A stretch of 64,000 nt of DNA, taken from contig CP110439.1 of the NCBI GenBank assembly GCA_026914245.1, positions 6,014,001-6,078,000 on the forward strand. Direction: 5' to 3'. Position 1 is the stretch's first letter. The number at the start of each line of letters is the position of its first letter. Below are positions 26,160-37,782 of this stretch, one piece after another. The stretch comes from Puccinia triticina (lineage: Eukaryota). Under the pieces are notes generated by a model. It was not told the origin of the DNA and did not search any database. It saw only the letters and a program-made list of their open reading frames with translations. Both the position numbers and the translations under genes were made by a program.

Positions 26160-27092
26160 TAGAGGACAACCCGGTGATCAGCTGGAGAGTATCCTGAATG
26201 GCTTCCTTGATATGAATGCCCGGAAAGAGCAGGATTGCAAGCAATCCCTGTTGACTTTTTATTTGGCCCAACTGATGGAGGCAAATGCAACAATCCAAGA
26301 GTTGCAATTGGATTTAGCTTGTGTGCGTGATAGGCTACAGGAGGAGAAGCACTGACTTGAGCTCAAGAATACCTCATTGAAATCAAAGATCAAAATCTTA
26401 CAGCTCTGGGCCAACGTGCAACCAAATATGTACTGGGGTCAAATGCCTCCGCAGACTTACAATCCTGGGTTTGGGATGCAGCCTCATCCGGTCTTTGGTG
26501 GTCTTTCTCAGCCCCCACAAACCAGTTTGACCCAGCAATCAGCAACCAGCGACTGGTTTTACTCAGCAACATCTGTCGGCTACCCAGCAACAACTGTTGG
26601 CTTTTACCCAGCCACAACCAACCCCAATTACCCAGCAACAAAACTCTGCCATCTCCAGCACCAGCTCCGTGGTCAATATTGCTCAAGTGCAAGCCTCGGG
26701 TTTCACCCAGCAACAACAATCTTCCATTGTTGCCACCAACCCTGCAGTCAACACCACTCAAGCAGTGAACGTTACTCAAAACAATGACATGCTTGACTTC
26801 TGAATCTACTTGTGCTTTCTCCCTTGTCCTCTTGGCCCAAAGTAATCTAAACCACTTTTCCTGCTTTTTTTTTTCTATCTCAATCACCTATAATATATTG
26901 CTTATTTGAAGCAAGACGGCCCAACATCATCAACACAAAGATTGCTTGTTTTTTTTTCAATCTCAATCACTGATCATGTACTGCTCATTTGAAGCAAGAC
27001 CAAGACTCAAAAGATAACATTCAACATCAGAAATAAAAAAAATATGATTTTTTCATTGAGCAACCAAATAGAGACAGAGCAACCCAGACAAG

Positions 27093-28822
27093 CTAGAATC
27101 CACTAGAGCCACCCTTGGTAGTAACGGCTGATGTGGCATTGTTTTTTGATGTATCTAAACAGAAGATTATGGAATCTTTGGGAGAGAACTTGGTGTTTGT
27201 CCCACACTGCGTTGTAGACAGTTGCTGTTTGGTTGATGTGAACCATGCAGAATCGGATCTGGTGTAAGTAGCATACTGCTTGCAGAATGTGCATTCTTTG
27301 AGCATGATCTGCAGCAGGCATTGGAAGCTTTAACTGTGAAAATGAGCCTTGCAAGGACCGCATACCCCACTCCGCTGCCTGTCATGCCAAGACTACCTCC
27401 TTGTTGAGTAACTTCATGCGCAAGAACAATCTAGGGGTTCCAGGTAGCCGATCTCCACGTTTGACTGGTGCCAAGATTTGCCTCTGAAGCCGTTCACTAT
27501 TCCGTGGGAAGGCTGTATCACTAATGATTCTGTATCCTTTGGGGGTGTGATTGAGGAGTTGGTTGTAGAGAGGAACTGCTATTGCAGAATCATGCCATGA
27601 ACCTGGTGCGTTCAATACAGCATAAATGATGGTACCATTGGGAGCGAATGCAATAACACAGCTGCAGTAATGAGAACAAGTCCACCCGTTGTAGTAGGCA
27701 TTTTGCAGACTTTTGAGAACAGCATGTTAGTATTGATGGGAATGTTTAAAAACAAAGACACTTACCCCTCATCTTCAGCCACACAAATGGGCAATTTCAG
27801 ACCATCCAAGAACCCAAAGCAATTTTCCAGAAGCGGGAATTTCTTTTTGATTGTCCTTGCGTATGGTTGAATTTGCTCTTCTGTGGAGGGCCAGATGATG
27901 CAAGCTTGAGGATGGTTCTTGAGGACTTGAAGAAGACAATCAAGTCCCCAATCCAGATAGCGAGAACACACATCAGGAGTGATTCCAAATATTTGCTGAA
28001 GGGTGTATGCTACCATTGTTGAGCATAACCAGTGTAATACCAAACCAAGACAACCAGCCGCATCAAGTGACCAACACCCAACCTGCGGCTCTCCATTGGG
28101 GTTGACATTGCTGCGTGGTAGGGTGGCCGTGTTCCATAACAACTTGAACCTAGATAAAATATGTTCAAAAGTAGCTACATCCACCCCCATTGTTGTCACG
28201 TAAGCCCAGTTGTTCCGTGCTTTCATCATTGCCGTCCAAGTAGAGTTGGTAGAGCTGGGTAGATCAGATTGAGTGAGGTAAGTCCGGAGTTGTCCGAATT
28301 TCCCTGGAGCGCTGTAACCCCCCCTCCTTGGGGGTGTCACAAGAAGGTTCACAGGTTCCTAAATAATCCTGTACTTAGTCCAGCCACTCCCCCGCCCCTC
28401 CTAGCTCAGCAGAGATTGGTATGCCATCTCTCCTGAGCTAGGTGAGTCTTTTCCCATTTTCCCTTTTCCCCATCCTCCTCTCTCACTATTGTAAATACTG
28501 ATAGAGATTGGTATGCCATCTCTCCTGAGCTAGCACCCCTGACCCTTTGCAATATCAGAATCAGAGGTTCTAGAAAGCTGTCCCCCTGTCCCGCATCTCC
28601 CAGTTCCCGCCTCCGACCCTGACCTAGTGAAGCGCTCCTTAGTGACTGCTTACAAGCGCCTTGGAGACCCATGCTGTACATGACCATGACCAAGTCGTCC
28701 TCTTGTGCACATTGTATTTTGGCTGCATGCAGTTCTAGGTTGGTTTGATATGTTCTCCTCCTGCGCTGGTCCCGTCGGCAGCGGTGTTGTGCAGCGTCTG
28801 CATTGGCGTCGGTGGTATCCAT
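27093..28822 (-). pseudogene. PIF/Harbinger-type DDE transposase
   Basis: FGFLDGLKLP, NAYYNGW, NAPGSWHDS, IISDTAFP, WGMRSLQGSF motifs. Frameshifted and interrupted. Confidence 0.9.
28370..28654 (+). mobile_element. Short solo-LTR-like insertion (285 bp) in the Harbinger transposase
   Basis: TGTA...TACA termini. Interrupts MGLQG/LFRN. Internal hairpin, GT-AG intron-like segment and 31-bp direct repeat. TSD not preserved. Confidence 0.55.
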
Positions 28823-29236
28823 GTGGTTGCTGGTGGGGATGTGTGGTGATGTACGCTAGAGGGGAGGAAGTTTCCTAAAATTTAGCAGTCTACCTTGGCG
28901 GAAGGACCATTTTAGAAAAAATGGGGAAATTTCTATTTTCATTTTCTATTTGCTGAAAAAATGGAAAATAGAAATACAAAATACAAAATAGCCGGCTTTC
29001 TAAACCAACGGGAAGTCCTCCAATTTATGAATGTTATCAGGAAAAAAAAAAATCCTGTGGCTTGAAGCTAACACAAGGGGAAGGAGAGAGATTATAGAAG
29101 AGTATTAAGGAGACATGGAACACAGACAAAGGTATCAAGAGGAATGAAAAAAAAAATGATCAATATACACTATATTGATCAATATACACTATATTGATCA
29201 ATATACAACATCGCAAATTCATCCATCTTGGTAGTG

Positions 29237-29757
29237 AATCCATACACGTTCTGAGCTCCGCACACGAATAGCTTCCTCCTTGAGAGAGAGAAACTGTGAA
29301 TCCAAAACAACGTGAGCAAAAGGTTCGCCATCCACTGTAATCCAAACTAAAAAAAAAATCTTTTTGTAAGTGCCTAGACTGCCCCAGAAAGAGGACAGCT
29401 TTAGTCCCCGCACTTCCTTTTCTATTCTATCCTTTTTTTTTTATATTATTCCACCGCCCTTTTACTGTAACACAATCCAGAAAAGAAACCAGTCCGCAAT
29501 CCAAGCAAAAGAATCCAGAGAGAAACCGCAATCCACAAGAGAGAACCAGAGAGAAACCGCAAAAATTCCGCAAGGTACCTGGTCCGCCCCAGAAGGATTT
29601 TCCGCACAAAAATCCCTGTACCCAGCACCTAAAAATACAGATAGACAACAAGCCAGTGAAACATATAACAAACCAAAACCAAATCTCTATAGGATAACAA
29701 ACATTCTGGGGTGGCTATGTGACCTGGCTGTAGACCAGATAGCGCAGCCCCTCACCA
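29237..29757 (-). mobile_element. LTR remnant plus start of internal region of another LTR element
   Basis: TGTAAG at 29365 (LTR end ...CTTACA on -), followed on - by a T-run leader. Far boundary uncertain. Confidence 0.4.
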
Positions 29758-30244
29758 ATAATCACTTGTGGCCTTTGCCTGCCACAGCTTCCCCCGCCCC
29801 AGCCTTTTTACCGCTGTCCCCAGCGGTCTGCAATCGCCAACTCCGCCGCAACGGCGGAGGTGCCTGATCCGCACTGTCCCCTTCCAACGCAACTTTCACT
29901 GTGAAAAAAACTCGAGAAAGCACCGTCAGTTGACATGCGCAATCCAGGGAAAGACTTCCAGGAAATCCACTTTCATTCCGTGATTAATGACAGGGCAGCT
30001 CAGCTAGCTCAGTATTTGCATGCGCCAAGCTCCTGAGCTGTACTGGTGCTCATTGGTCATCAACAAGGGGATGTATTTCCATACACATAATACAATCCCT
30101 TGTTGACTAGCCCTTGGGGGGAATTCCACCAGGTCAAACAGAACATGCGCCCATGTCGACTAGTAGTAATCCCTCCCTTCCTAGGCAGGGTCGACCATGC
30201 TAGATGAAAGGGTACTCATGTTGACCAGCCCATGTCAACCTATC

Positions 30245-31230
30245 AGTCAACTGGGAGGGATGCCTCCCGGAGGACTGATATATGTATCAGTCCTCCAGGA
30301 GGCATCCCTCCCGGTTGACTATTGTATGAACCTGTTGTCTGGGAAGGATCCCTCCCAGATGACTGATACATAGAACAGTCATCCGGGAGGGATCCCTCCC
30401 GTTTGACTGATATAGGGAACATTTGTCCGGGAGGCATCCCTCCCGGTCAAGAGTTTCATACAATAGTTGACCGGGAGAGATCCCTGCCGGTCAACTGATA
30501 CATTTATCAGTCCTCCGGGAGGGATACCTCCCGGACAACTGCTCCATACAACAATCTTCCGGAAGGGATCCCTCCCGGACAACTGTTCTATGTATCAGTC
30601 GTCCGGGAGGGATCCCTCCCGGACAACAGGTTCATACAATAGTCAACCAGGAGGGATGCCTCCTGGACAACTGATACATATATCAGTCCTCCGGGAGGCA
30701 TCCCTCCCAGTTGGCTGATACATAGAACAGTCTTCCGGGAGGGATCCCTTCCGGACAACTGTTTTATGGAGCAGTTGACCGGGAGGGATCCCTCCCGGAA
30801 AACTGATACATAGAACGGTCATTTTGGAGGGATCCCTCCCGTTTGACTGATATAGGGAATATTTGTCCGTGAGGGATCCCTCCCAGAAGACAGGTTCATA
30901 CAATAGTCAACCAGGAGGGATACCTCCTGGACAACTGATACATTCCTCCGGGAGGCATCCCTCCCGGTCAACTGTTCTATGTATTAGTCGGCTGGGATGG
31001 ATGCCTCCCAGTCACCCATTGTATGAAGCAGTCGACCGGGAGGGATATCTACCGGTCGACTATTCTATTTATCAGTCAACCGGGAGGGATGCCTTTTGGA
31101 CAACTTTTCCATGTATTAGTTGACTGGGAGGGATCCCTCCCAGTCGACTATCCTATGTCTTTGTTGGACAGGAGGGATCCCTCCAAGTCAAGTACTGTAT
31201 GAAGCAGTCAGGAGGGATCCCTCTTGGTCA
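30245..31230. repeat. 44-bp-period array built on palindrome CCGGGAGGGATCCCTCCCGG
   Basis: Palindromic core recurs about every 44 bp (~22 copies). Intervening ~24-mers are related and occur in both orientations. Confidence 0.9.
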
Positions 31231-31472
31231 ACGTGGGTGTATTTTGCCTAGTCGGTTGGCTGGGGGGATTCCTCCTGCTTTACAAAGGTGCTGACATGTA
31301 CCTATGTGCTACTGCCTTGCCAGCTGAGCAACTCAAAAGTGAGTGCACTAAGTTAAGGTGCAGCTGGTGTGGCTAAGTAGAGTCTTAAAATACTGCTTAG
31401 CCTGGGCTGTTGAGTAACTTCCAAATATTCCAGGTTGTACCACCCTGGGATTTGTTTTGTATCAGGCTTGTT

Positions 31473-32395
31473 TCAAGGGGGACTGAACTCCAGTATACTG
31501 CATGTCAACTGACACCAGTTTCTTGATTTTTTTTCATAGTGTTCTGAGCCAAAATCTTCATCTCTAGGTGCTGCACCCGTTTCCTCCGCACCATCCGAGT
31601 TAGCCAAAGACAATGCGTCCCCTGGAACTTGAACCTCCTCCTCAGAGTCATCGGATTCTGCAGTGTGGTTGAAATCCGTAGAGCCCCGCGCATAAAACCA
31701 CTTGACATGCATTGCCGCCGTCTGCCACTTCAAAAGGGTCCCGTCCAGCTCCTCCAGCTCATAACTACTGCCCAGAAATTGCAACACATTGCAATAAGGA
31801 CCATTCCAGCGGCTAGCAAACAGCTTACCCCATTGTGACTTGAGGCTAAAATTGTAAAGAAGAACCAATTCCCCCTTGCAGAGGGAATCCCGCAGCCTAT
31901 GGGAGCAGCAGCAATCCCAGTAACAAACCGCCTTAGCACGACTCTCCTTGAGGCGCGCCGCCGCCTTTGCAATAACCCAATCTTGCCGCAACAGTTGCTC
32001 TGTCCGCGCCAGAAGCAGGTCGTCCACCAATCTACCCCCAAATACGTGAACATCTCTATGTCCACCGGCAAGACTGGCCGGCACCCAAACAGCATCTTGT
32101 AGGGCAAATACCCCGTTGTCTGTTTGGTGGAAATCCGGTCCGCAAACAAGACGGCAGGCAAATACTGCTGCCACTTCTTACCATCTTTGCCGCACAGCTT
32201 CACAAGAGTGCTCTTGATTGGCTGGTGGCCACGCTCAATCATTCCTGCACAGCTTCACAAGAGTGCTCTTGATTGGCTGGTGGCCACGCTCAATCATTCC
32301 TGCATCCTCTGAATTGTACTCTGTCACCTTGCCAAACTTAGTGCCACACAACTCCACTAATTTCTGCAAGCAGCCACAAAACTCCGCACCGCCAG
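31473..32395 (-). mobile_element. Gypsy integrase fragment
   Basis: MIERGHQPIKSTLVKLC...VLFADRISTK...WNGPY (GPY/F). 55-bp tandem duplication at 32192-32304. Confidence 0.85.
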
Positions 32396-32399
32396 CCCC

Positions 32400-32990
32400 A
32401 GTAACCCAGCTGTCACCTGCCCCAACCCAAGTTTACAGTAGTACATGTACATCCCAGGATACAAACATACATCTCCCTGTCAGGCTACACTCATTACATA
32501 TTAACTACATACACTCCTTTATATACATAGTATGACATCATTTACACTGTTTCTGCAGCCTCAGACTTTGTGTATACACTAATTACCCCTATATGACAGC
32601 TCATGCAGTCTACTGACACCTCATGCATGTTTATAATGTTCTTTTGTATATTCTGACATCATGTATGCACCCCTGGCATGTTTAGAATGTTCTGCTGTAT
32701 ATTCTGACACCATTCATGCGCCCTTGGGGGGGTCATGACATCATTTGTATCTACTCCCACCAGCTAAAATCCCTGATCACCCTGTTGTCTAGATTAGCTG
32801 AAACCCTAACCCACAAGCCCCTTTGGGGCTCCACTTTTGTCTATAAAAGGAGCTCTCTCCACCCCCAGTGGTCTGCTCCCCAGTTCCTCACCCAGAACTC
32901 ACAAGTCACCCAACACTCATCCACACTCAAATCCTAAAACCCTTATAACAATAAATCAACCCTTATAACAACAATTCAACCCTTATAACA
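32400..32990 (+). mobile_element. Probable LTR remnant
   Basis: TATAAAAG at ~32842 and triple CCCTTATAACA end. No TSD found. Confidence 0.35.
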
Positions 32991-32999
32991 AAGTAATTA

Positions 33000-35900
33000 A
33001 AACACTTACACGTTGCCAGTCAAACAGATTTCATCTGGAACAGACCAGACCTATCACTTAATAAAACTTGCCAAGCTGAGCTTGGCGGGTCTTGTTGACT
33101 GATAATAGAAGGGCATAGCTTGCAACTCCATCATACCCTTCACCATTCAGCAAAAGGGTTTCATTACCAATTTTGAGTCTTACACGGGCGCGGCCTAACG
33201 GGCCCTAAATGAGCCCACCTTGCTTGATTTTGTTGATTGAATGGAGGGGAGAGCTTTGAGTGGATGCTTGTAGAATGTATTGAACATATCTCGTGTCAGC
33301 CAAAGGGCTTCTTCAATCCAATTCTTTTCCCGACCAGCGATCTCAAAGTACTGGTCTTTGAAGGATGGGTGGAGTACTATTCAAAAGGTAAGCAGATAGG
33401 TTTTGGTTAGCATATTCAGATGGGATTGAGAAAAAGGGAAAACAAACCCATGGCGATGTGATACAAAGGCAAGCAGTCAGTAAGTGTATAATATTTATTG
33501 GTAAGCTGAAGGCCAAGTTGGCACACGTTTTGGAGTACGGGTGGGTATTTTTTGCCGTCTCCCTTGATCACATTTGAAAGATGTTTGGTTATCCTGTCTA
33601 TGAAGACAATGATATTTGTCAGTCAAGTAGATCCAGACACAGAAATTTGGAGTGTTTGTTTGTAGAATATCTGCAAGATAGCCACAAGGTTGTGTGCCAG
33701 TGTATATCAACCTCGCCAATTTTATAGCCTCAAGGCATCCCAAATTTGTGGTCCTTTGGCCAGATGTGGCTGCCCGGCAGATTATAATCAGCTTTTGTAA
33801 TGAATTCATCAGAGATGTGATCCGTTACCCACATTGCTTTCTCACATTGGATTATTCCTTCAAGCTGAGCAAAGGTGGAGTTCCATCTTGTTGGATGTCT
33901 CTTGGAATGCTGTGAGGTTTCAAGCAATCCATTTCTGCACATATTTTGATGAAATTGGCCTTCAAATTTGGTGATTTGCGCAGCTTCCAAGCTGTGGTAC
34001 GGAACTAGAAAGAAGTGAGGTGAGTTTGCAGAACTTGCTCTTGCTTGGACATGAATCATTTACCATTTTTTAAGCTCCTTTTGCCTGATACCGAAGTGTA
34101 GAGATTGTTATCTTCATCCTCATCACTCAAATCCTCAATGTTGGCCATAGATAACTCAGAATCCAACTCATTGTTGCGGTTCAATTCTTCCAAATCTTCA
34201 CTGTCAGCAGGGTCTCCTTTGGCAGCATCATCTTCCCCACATATGGAATCAATGGTGTTGTATCTATGTTTCCATTGAGACCATGAGAATGATTTTCATT
34301 ATTATTTAATGATAAAACAACTTGCCTTTGGATCTGAATCTTGGCATCCTCATATTGTGATTCCTTGTCTGTTTCAATATTTGTCGCCCATTTACCAGGT
34401 GCTTTATTTTGGAGATGCTTGAACCGCCGCAGGATTGATTGGACAATCATATTAAGTATATGTCCAAAGAACCTGATCTAATGCGGTTCACCTTTGAAAC
34501 AAGGCCATTTAAACTTTTTCATAGCGGCCACCATAGATGCATTGTTTGAGGCATTGTTGTCAAAATGCCACAAATCTGATTAAAAGCGATGAATTAGGTA
34601 ATAAAAATGTATCACAAGAGGAAGGAGAGGTGAGGGGAAGAGGCATCAAGTTGGATGTACTTAATTATCTTGAAATTCAAATTTTTTAACCACCAACAAC
34701 ATTGTTTTGGCAAGATAGTCTCCCAAGCTGAACAAAATCAAGTGGCATGGATTCAAGATTAAATTTCAGCCATCCTTCTCCCCTAAGCGTTAAATGATTA
34801 GCCCATGGATATCCTGACCATTGGGTGACTGCCATGCATCAGCCCTGGCCCCCAAGGTACATGGCACCCACATGTTTCTGACCAACAAAAAAAATTAAAG
34901 ATTATTGGATAGTCAGTTTTGGAGCATCACTGAAAGGCAATAATGATTAAATGAGCTGTCTACCTTTAAAACATCCCAGTAACTGTCTTGAATGGCAGTA
35001 AAGAGCATATGAATTGATCTCAAAACTACCTTTGATTACCAGATGTAAACCACAAGTTTGCAAGATGTAAACCACAAGTTTACAAGATTTAAACCACAAG
35101 TTGACAAGATGTAAACCACAAGTTGACAGCATGTAAGCCACAAGTTTACAAGTTGTAAACCACAAGTTTGCAAGTTGTACACCACAGGCTCACAAGTTGT
35201 AAACCACAAGTTTACAAGTTGTAAACCACAGGTTTACAAGATCTAAACCAGTTTAAAAGATGTAAACCACAATTTTACATGATGCAAAAAACAATTTTAC
35301 CAGATGTAGCCCACAAGTTTACAAGAGTAAACCACAAGTTTACAAGAGTAAACCACAATTTTACAATATGTAAACCACAGGTTTACAAGATCTAAAACAC
35401 AAGTTGACAAGATGCAAACCACAAGTTTCCAGCATATGAACTACAGGTTACAAGACCGCAAGATTACCAGATGTAAACCACAAGTTTGCAAGATGTAAAC
35501 TACAAGTTTACAGCATGTAAACCACAAGTTTAGAAGTTGTAATCCACAGTGTACAAGTTGTAAAACACAAGTTTACAATCAGTAAACCACAAGGTTACAG
35601 CATGAGATAAGTTCAGGCTAAAAGAAATTGGTTTCAGTAAAAACAAAAATAAGATAGAAAACAATGATGATTGATTTTTACCTAAAAGAAAAAGGAACAA
35701 AGTTGAGATGAGAACACATGGGCTAAGATAATAAATGAAGAGTTAGCTAATCATGGTCAACAGGATAGATGAGAAAGAAAGATAAAAAGATAAACCTGAG
35801 AATTGAGCTGCCTAGACTAGTGACCTTGACAAGGAACCACACTATGATTTGGTGTTTGACTTAGCCCCTGGCTGGAAGGAAGGTGTCAAGATGCAGGAAA

Positions 35901-36035
35901 AGAAATTGGTGACTGTCAAATGGATCAAGGAGTAGCACTCAACTGCTTTCACTTTGAAACGTTCACACCCGTTGATCATTGAAAACAAGTTTGAAGTCAC
36001 AACCCGTACCACTGTGCGCCCACATATTCTAACAG
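33000..36035 (-). pseudogene. Second hAT transposase relic
   Basis: AWQSPNGQDI, FFGHILNMIVQSIL, TRWNSTFAQLEGI, LHPSFKDQYF. N-terminal BED-like piece at ~35850-36035, separated by 22-bp repeats. Confidence 0.75.
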
Positions 36036-37782
36036 AATGTAAACTACAGTTTACAACATGTATATAAACCACAAGGTTTCAAGGTGTAAACCACAAGTTA
36101 ACAAGATCTAAACCAAAAGTTTAAAAGATGTAAACCACAATTTTACATGATGCAAATAACAATTTTACCAAATGTACACTACAAGTTTAAAAGATGTAAA
36201 ACACAATTTTACATGATGCAAACAACAATTTTACCAAATGTGAACTACAAGTTTACAAGACAAAAACCACAAGTTTACAGCATGTGAACTACAGGTTACA
36301 AGATGTAAAGCACAAGTTTACAAGATGTAAACTGGTTGTTTACATCTTGTTAACCTTTGGTTTACATCTTGGAAATCTATAGTTTACATCTTGTAAACTG
36401 TAGTTTACATGCTGTAAAATTGTGGTTTACGTCTTGTAAACTTGTGGTTTACATCTTGTGACCTGGGGTTCACATGCTGTAAACTTGTGGTTTACCTCTT
36501 GTAAAATTTAAACCACAAGTTTACAAGACGTAAACCACAAGTTTACAGCATGTGAACTACAGGTTACAAGATGTAAACAACAAGTTTACACATGTGAACT
36601 ACATGTTACAAGATGTAAACCACCAGTTTACAAGATGAATTTTTTTTTTACATCTTGTTAACCTGTGGTTTACATCTTGTAGACTTGTGGTTTACATCTT
36701 GTAAAGCTGTGGTTTCCATCTTGTAAACTTGTGGTTTACATCTTTTACAATTGTGGTTCACATCTTGTAAGCCTGTTTTTACAGCTTTTAAACTTGTGGT
36801 GTGCAACTTTTAAACTTGTGGTTTACATCTTGTTAACCCTTGTGGTTTACAACTTGGAAGCTTGTGGTTTACAACTTGTAAACTTGTGGTTTACAACTTG
36901 TAAACTTGTGGTTTGCAACTTGTAAACTTGTGGTTTACATCTTGTAAACTTGTGCTTTACATCTTGTAAACTTGTGGTTTACATCTTGTAAACTTCTGGT
37001 TTAATCTTGTAAACTTGTGGTTTACATCTTTTAAACTTGTGGTTCACATCTTGTAAACCTGTGGTTTAGAGCTTTTAAACTTGTGGTTTACATCTTGTTA
37101 ACCCTGGTGGTTTACAACTTGGGAGCTTGTGGTTTAGAACTTGTAAACTTGTGGTTTACAACTTGAAGACTTGTGGTTTACATGTTGTAAACATGTGGTT
37201 TACATGCTGTAAAAATGTGATATACATGCTGTAAACATGTGATTTACATGCTGTAAACTTGTGATATACATGCTGTAAACATGTGATTTACATGCTGTAA
37301 ACTTGTGGTTTACATGCTGTAAACTTGTGGTTTACATCTTGTAAACTGCAGTTTACATGCTGTAAACTTGTGGTTTACATCTTGTAAAGTGTAGTTTACA
37401 TGCTGTAAACTTGTGGTTTACAACTTGTAAGCTTGGGGTTTACATCTTGTAAAGTGTAGTTTACATGCTGTAAACTTGTGGTTTACAACTTGTAAACTTG
37501 GAGTTTACAACTTGTAAACTTGTAGTTTACATGTTGTAAACATGTGGTTTACATGCTGTGAACATGTGATTTACATGCTGTAAAATTGTGGTTTACATGC
37601 TGTAAACTTGTGGTTTACATGCTGTAAACTTGCGGTTTACATGCTGTAAACCTGCGGTTTACATGCTGTAAACTTGTGGTTTACATGCTGTAAACTTGTG
37701 GTTTACATGCTGTAAACTTGTGGTTTACATGCTGTAAACTTGTGGTTTACATGCTGTAAACTTGCGGTTTACATGCTGTAAA
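35033..37782. repeat. 22-bp minisatellite (ACATGCTGTAAACTTGTGGTTT type) in alternating orientations; resumes 41875-41958
   Basis: Period 22 (e.g. 37683/37705). Orientation flips at ~36334, ~36505 and ~36640. Unique hAT island at 35600-36030. Confidence 0.9.

Larger units (their letters stand above)
23466..26803 (+). pseudogene. Myb/SANT-like accessory gene of the Harbinger-group element (interrupted)
   Basis: GYNSAECLLLVEAVKSVLP...LKQNFKGL...KPTGNSTCPEHVREAK. Continues after the 24307-26159 insertion with a coiled-coil and Q-rich tail. Confidence 0.6.
23245..29021. mobile_element. PIF/Harbinger-group (PHIS) DNA transposon, two convergent genes, decayed
   Basis: TIR GGAGGACTTCC(T/C)GTTGGTT...; TSD AAT. 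Its removal restores the foldback arm sequence. Confidence 0.9.
7561..29236. mobile_element. Foldback-type non-autonomous element with CACTA termini (about 2-kb inverted arms), host of several nested insertions
   Basis: CACTATTAAGATGGATGAATT at 7561 and AATTCATCCATCTTGGTAGTG ending at 29236. 7561-8230 is the reverse complement of 22805-23244 + 29022-29236. The 173-bp repeats switch orientation at ~20094. Confidence 0.85.

Noticed and set aside
30245..31230. CRISPR array
   Set aside because: Eukaryotic context, no cas genes, and the spacers are mutually related or inverted rather than unique.
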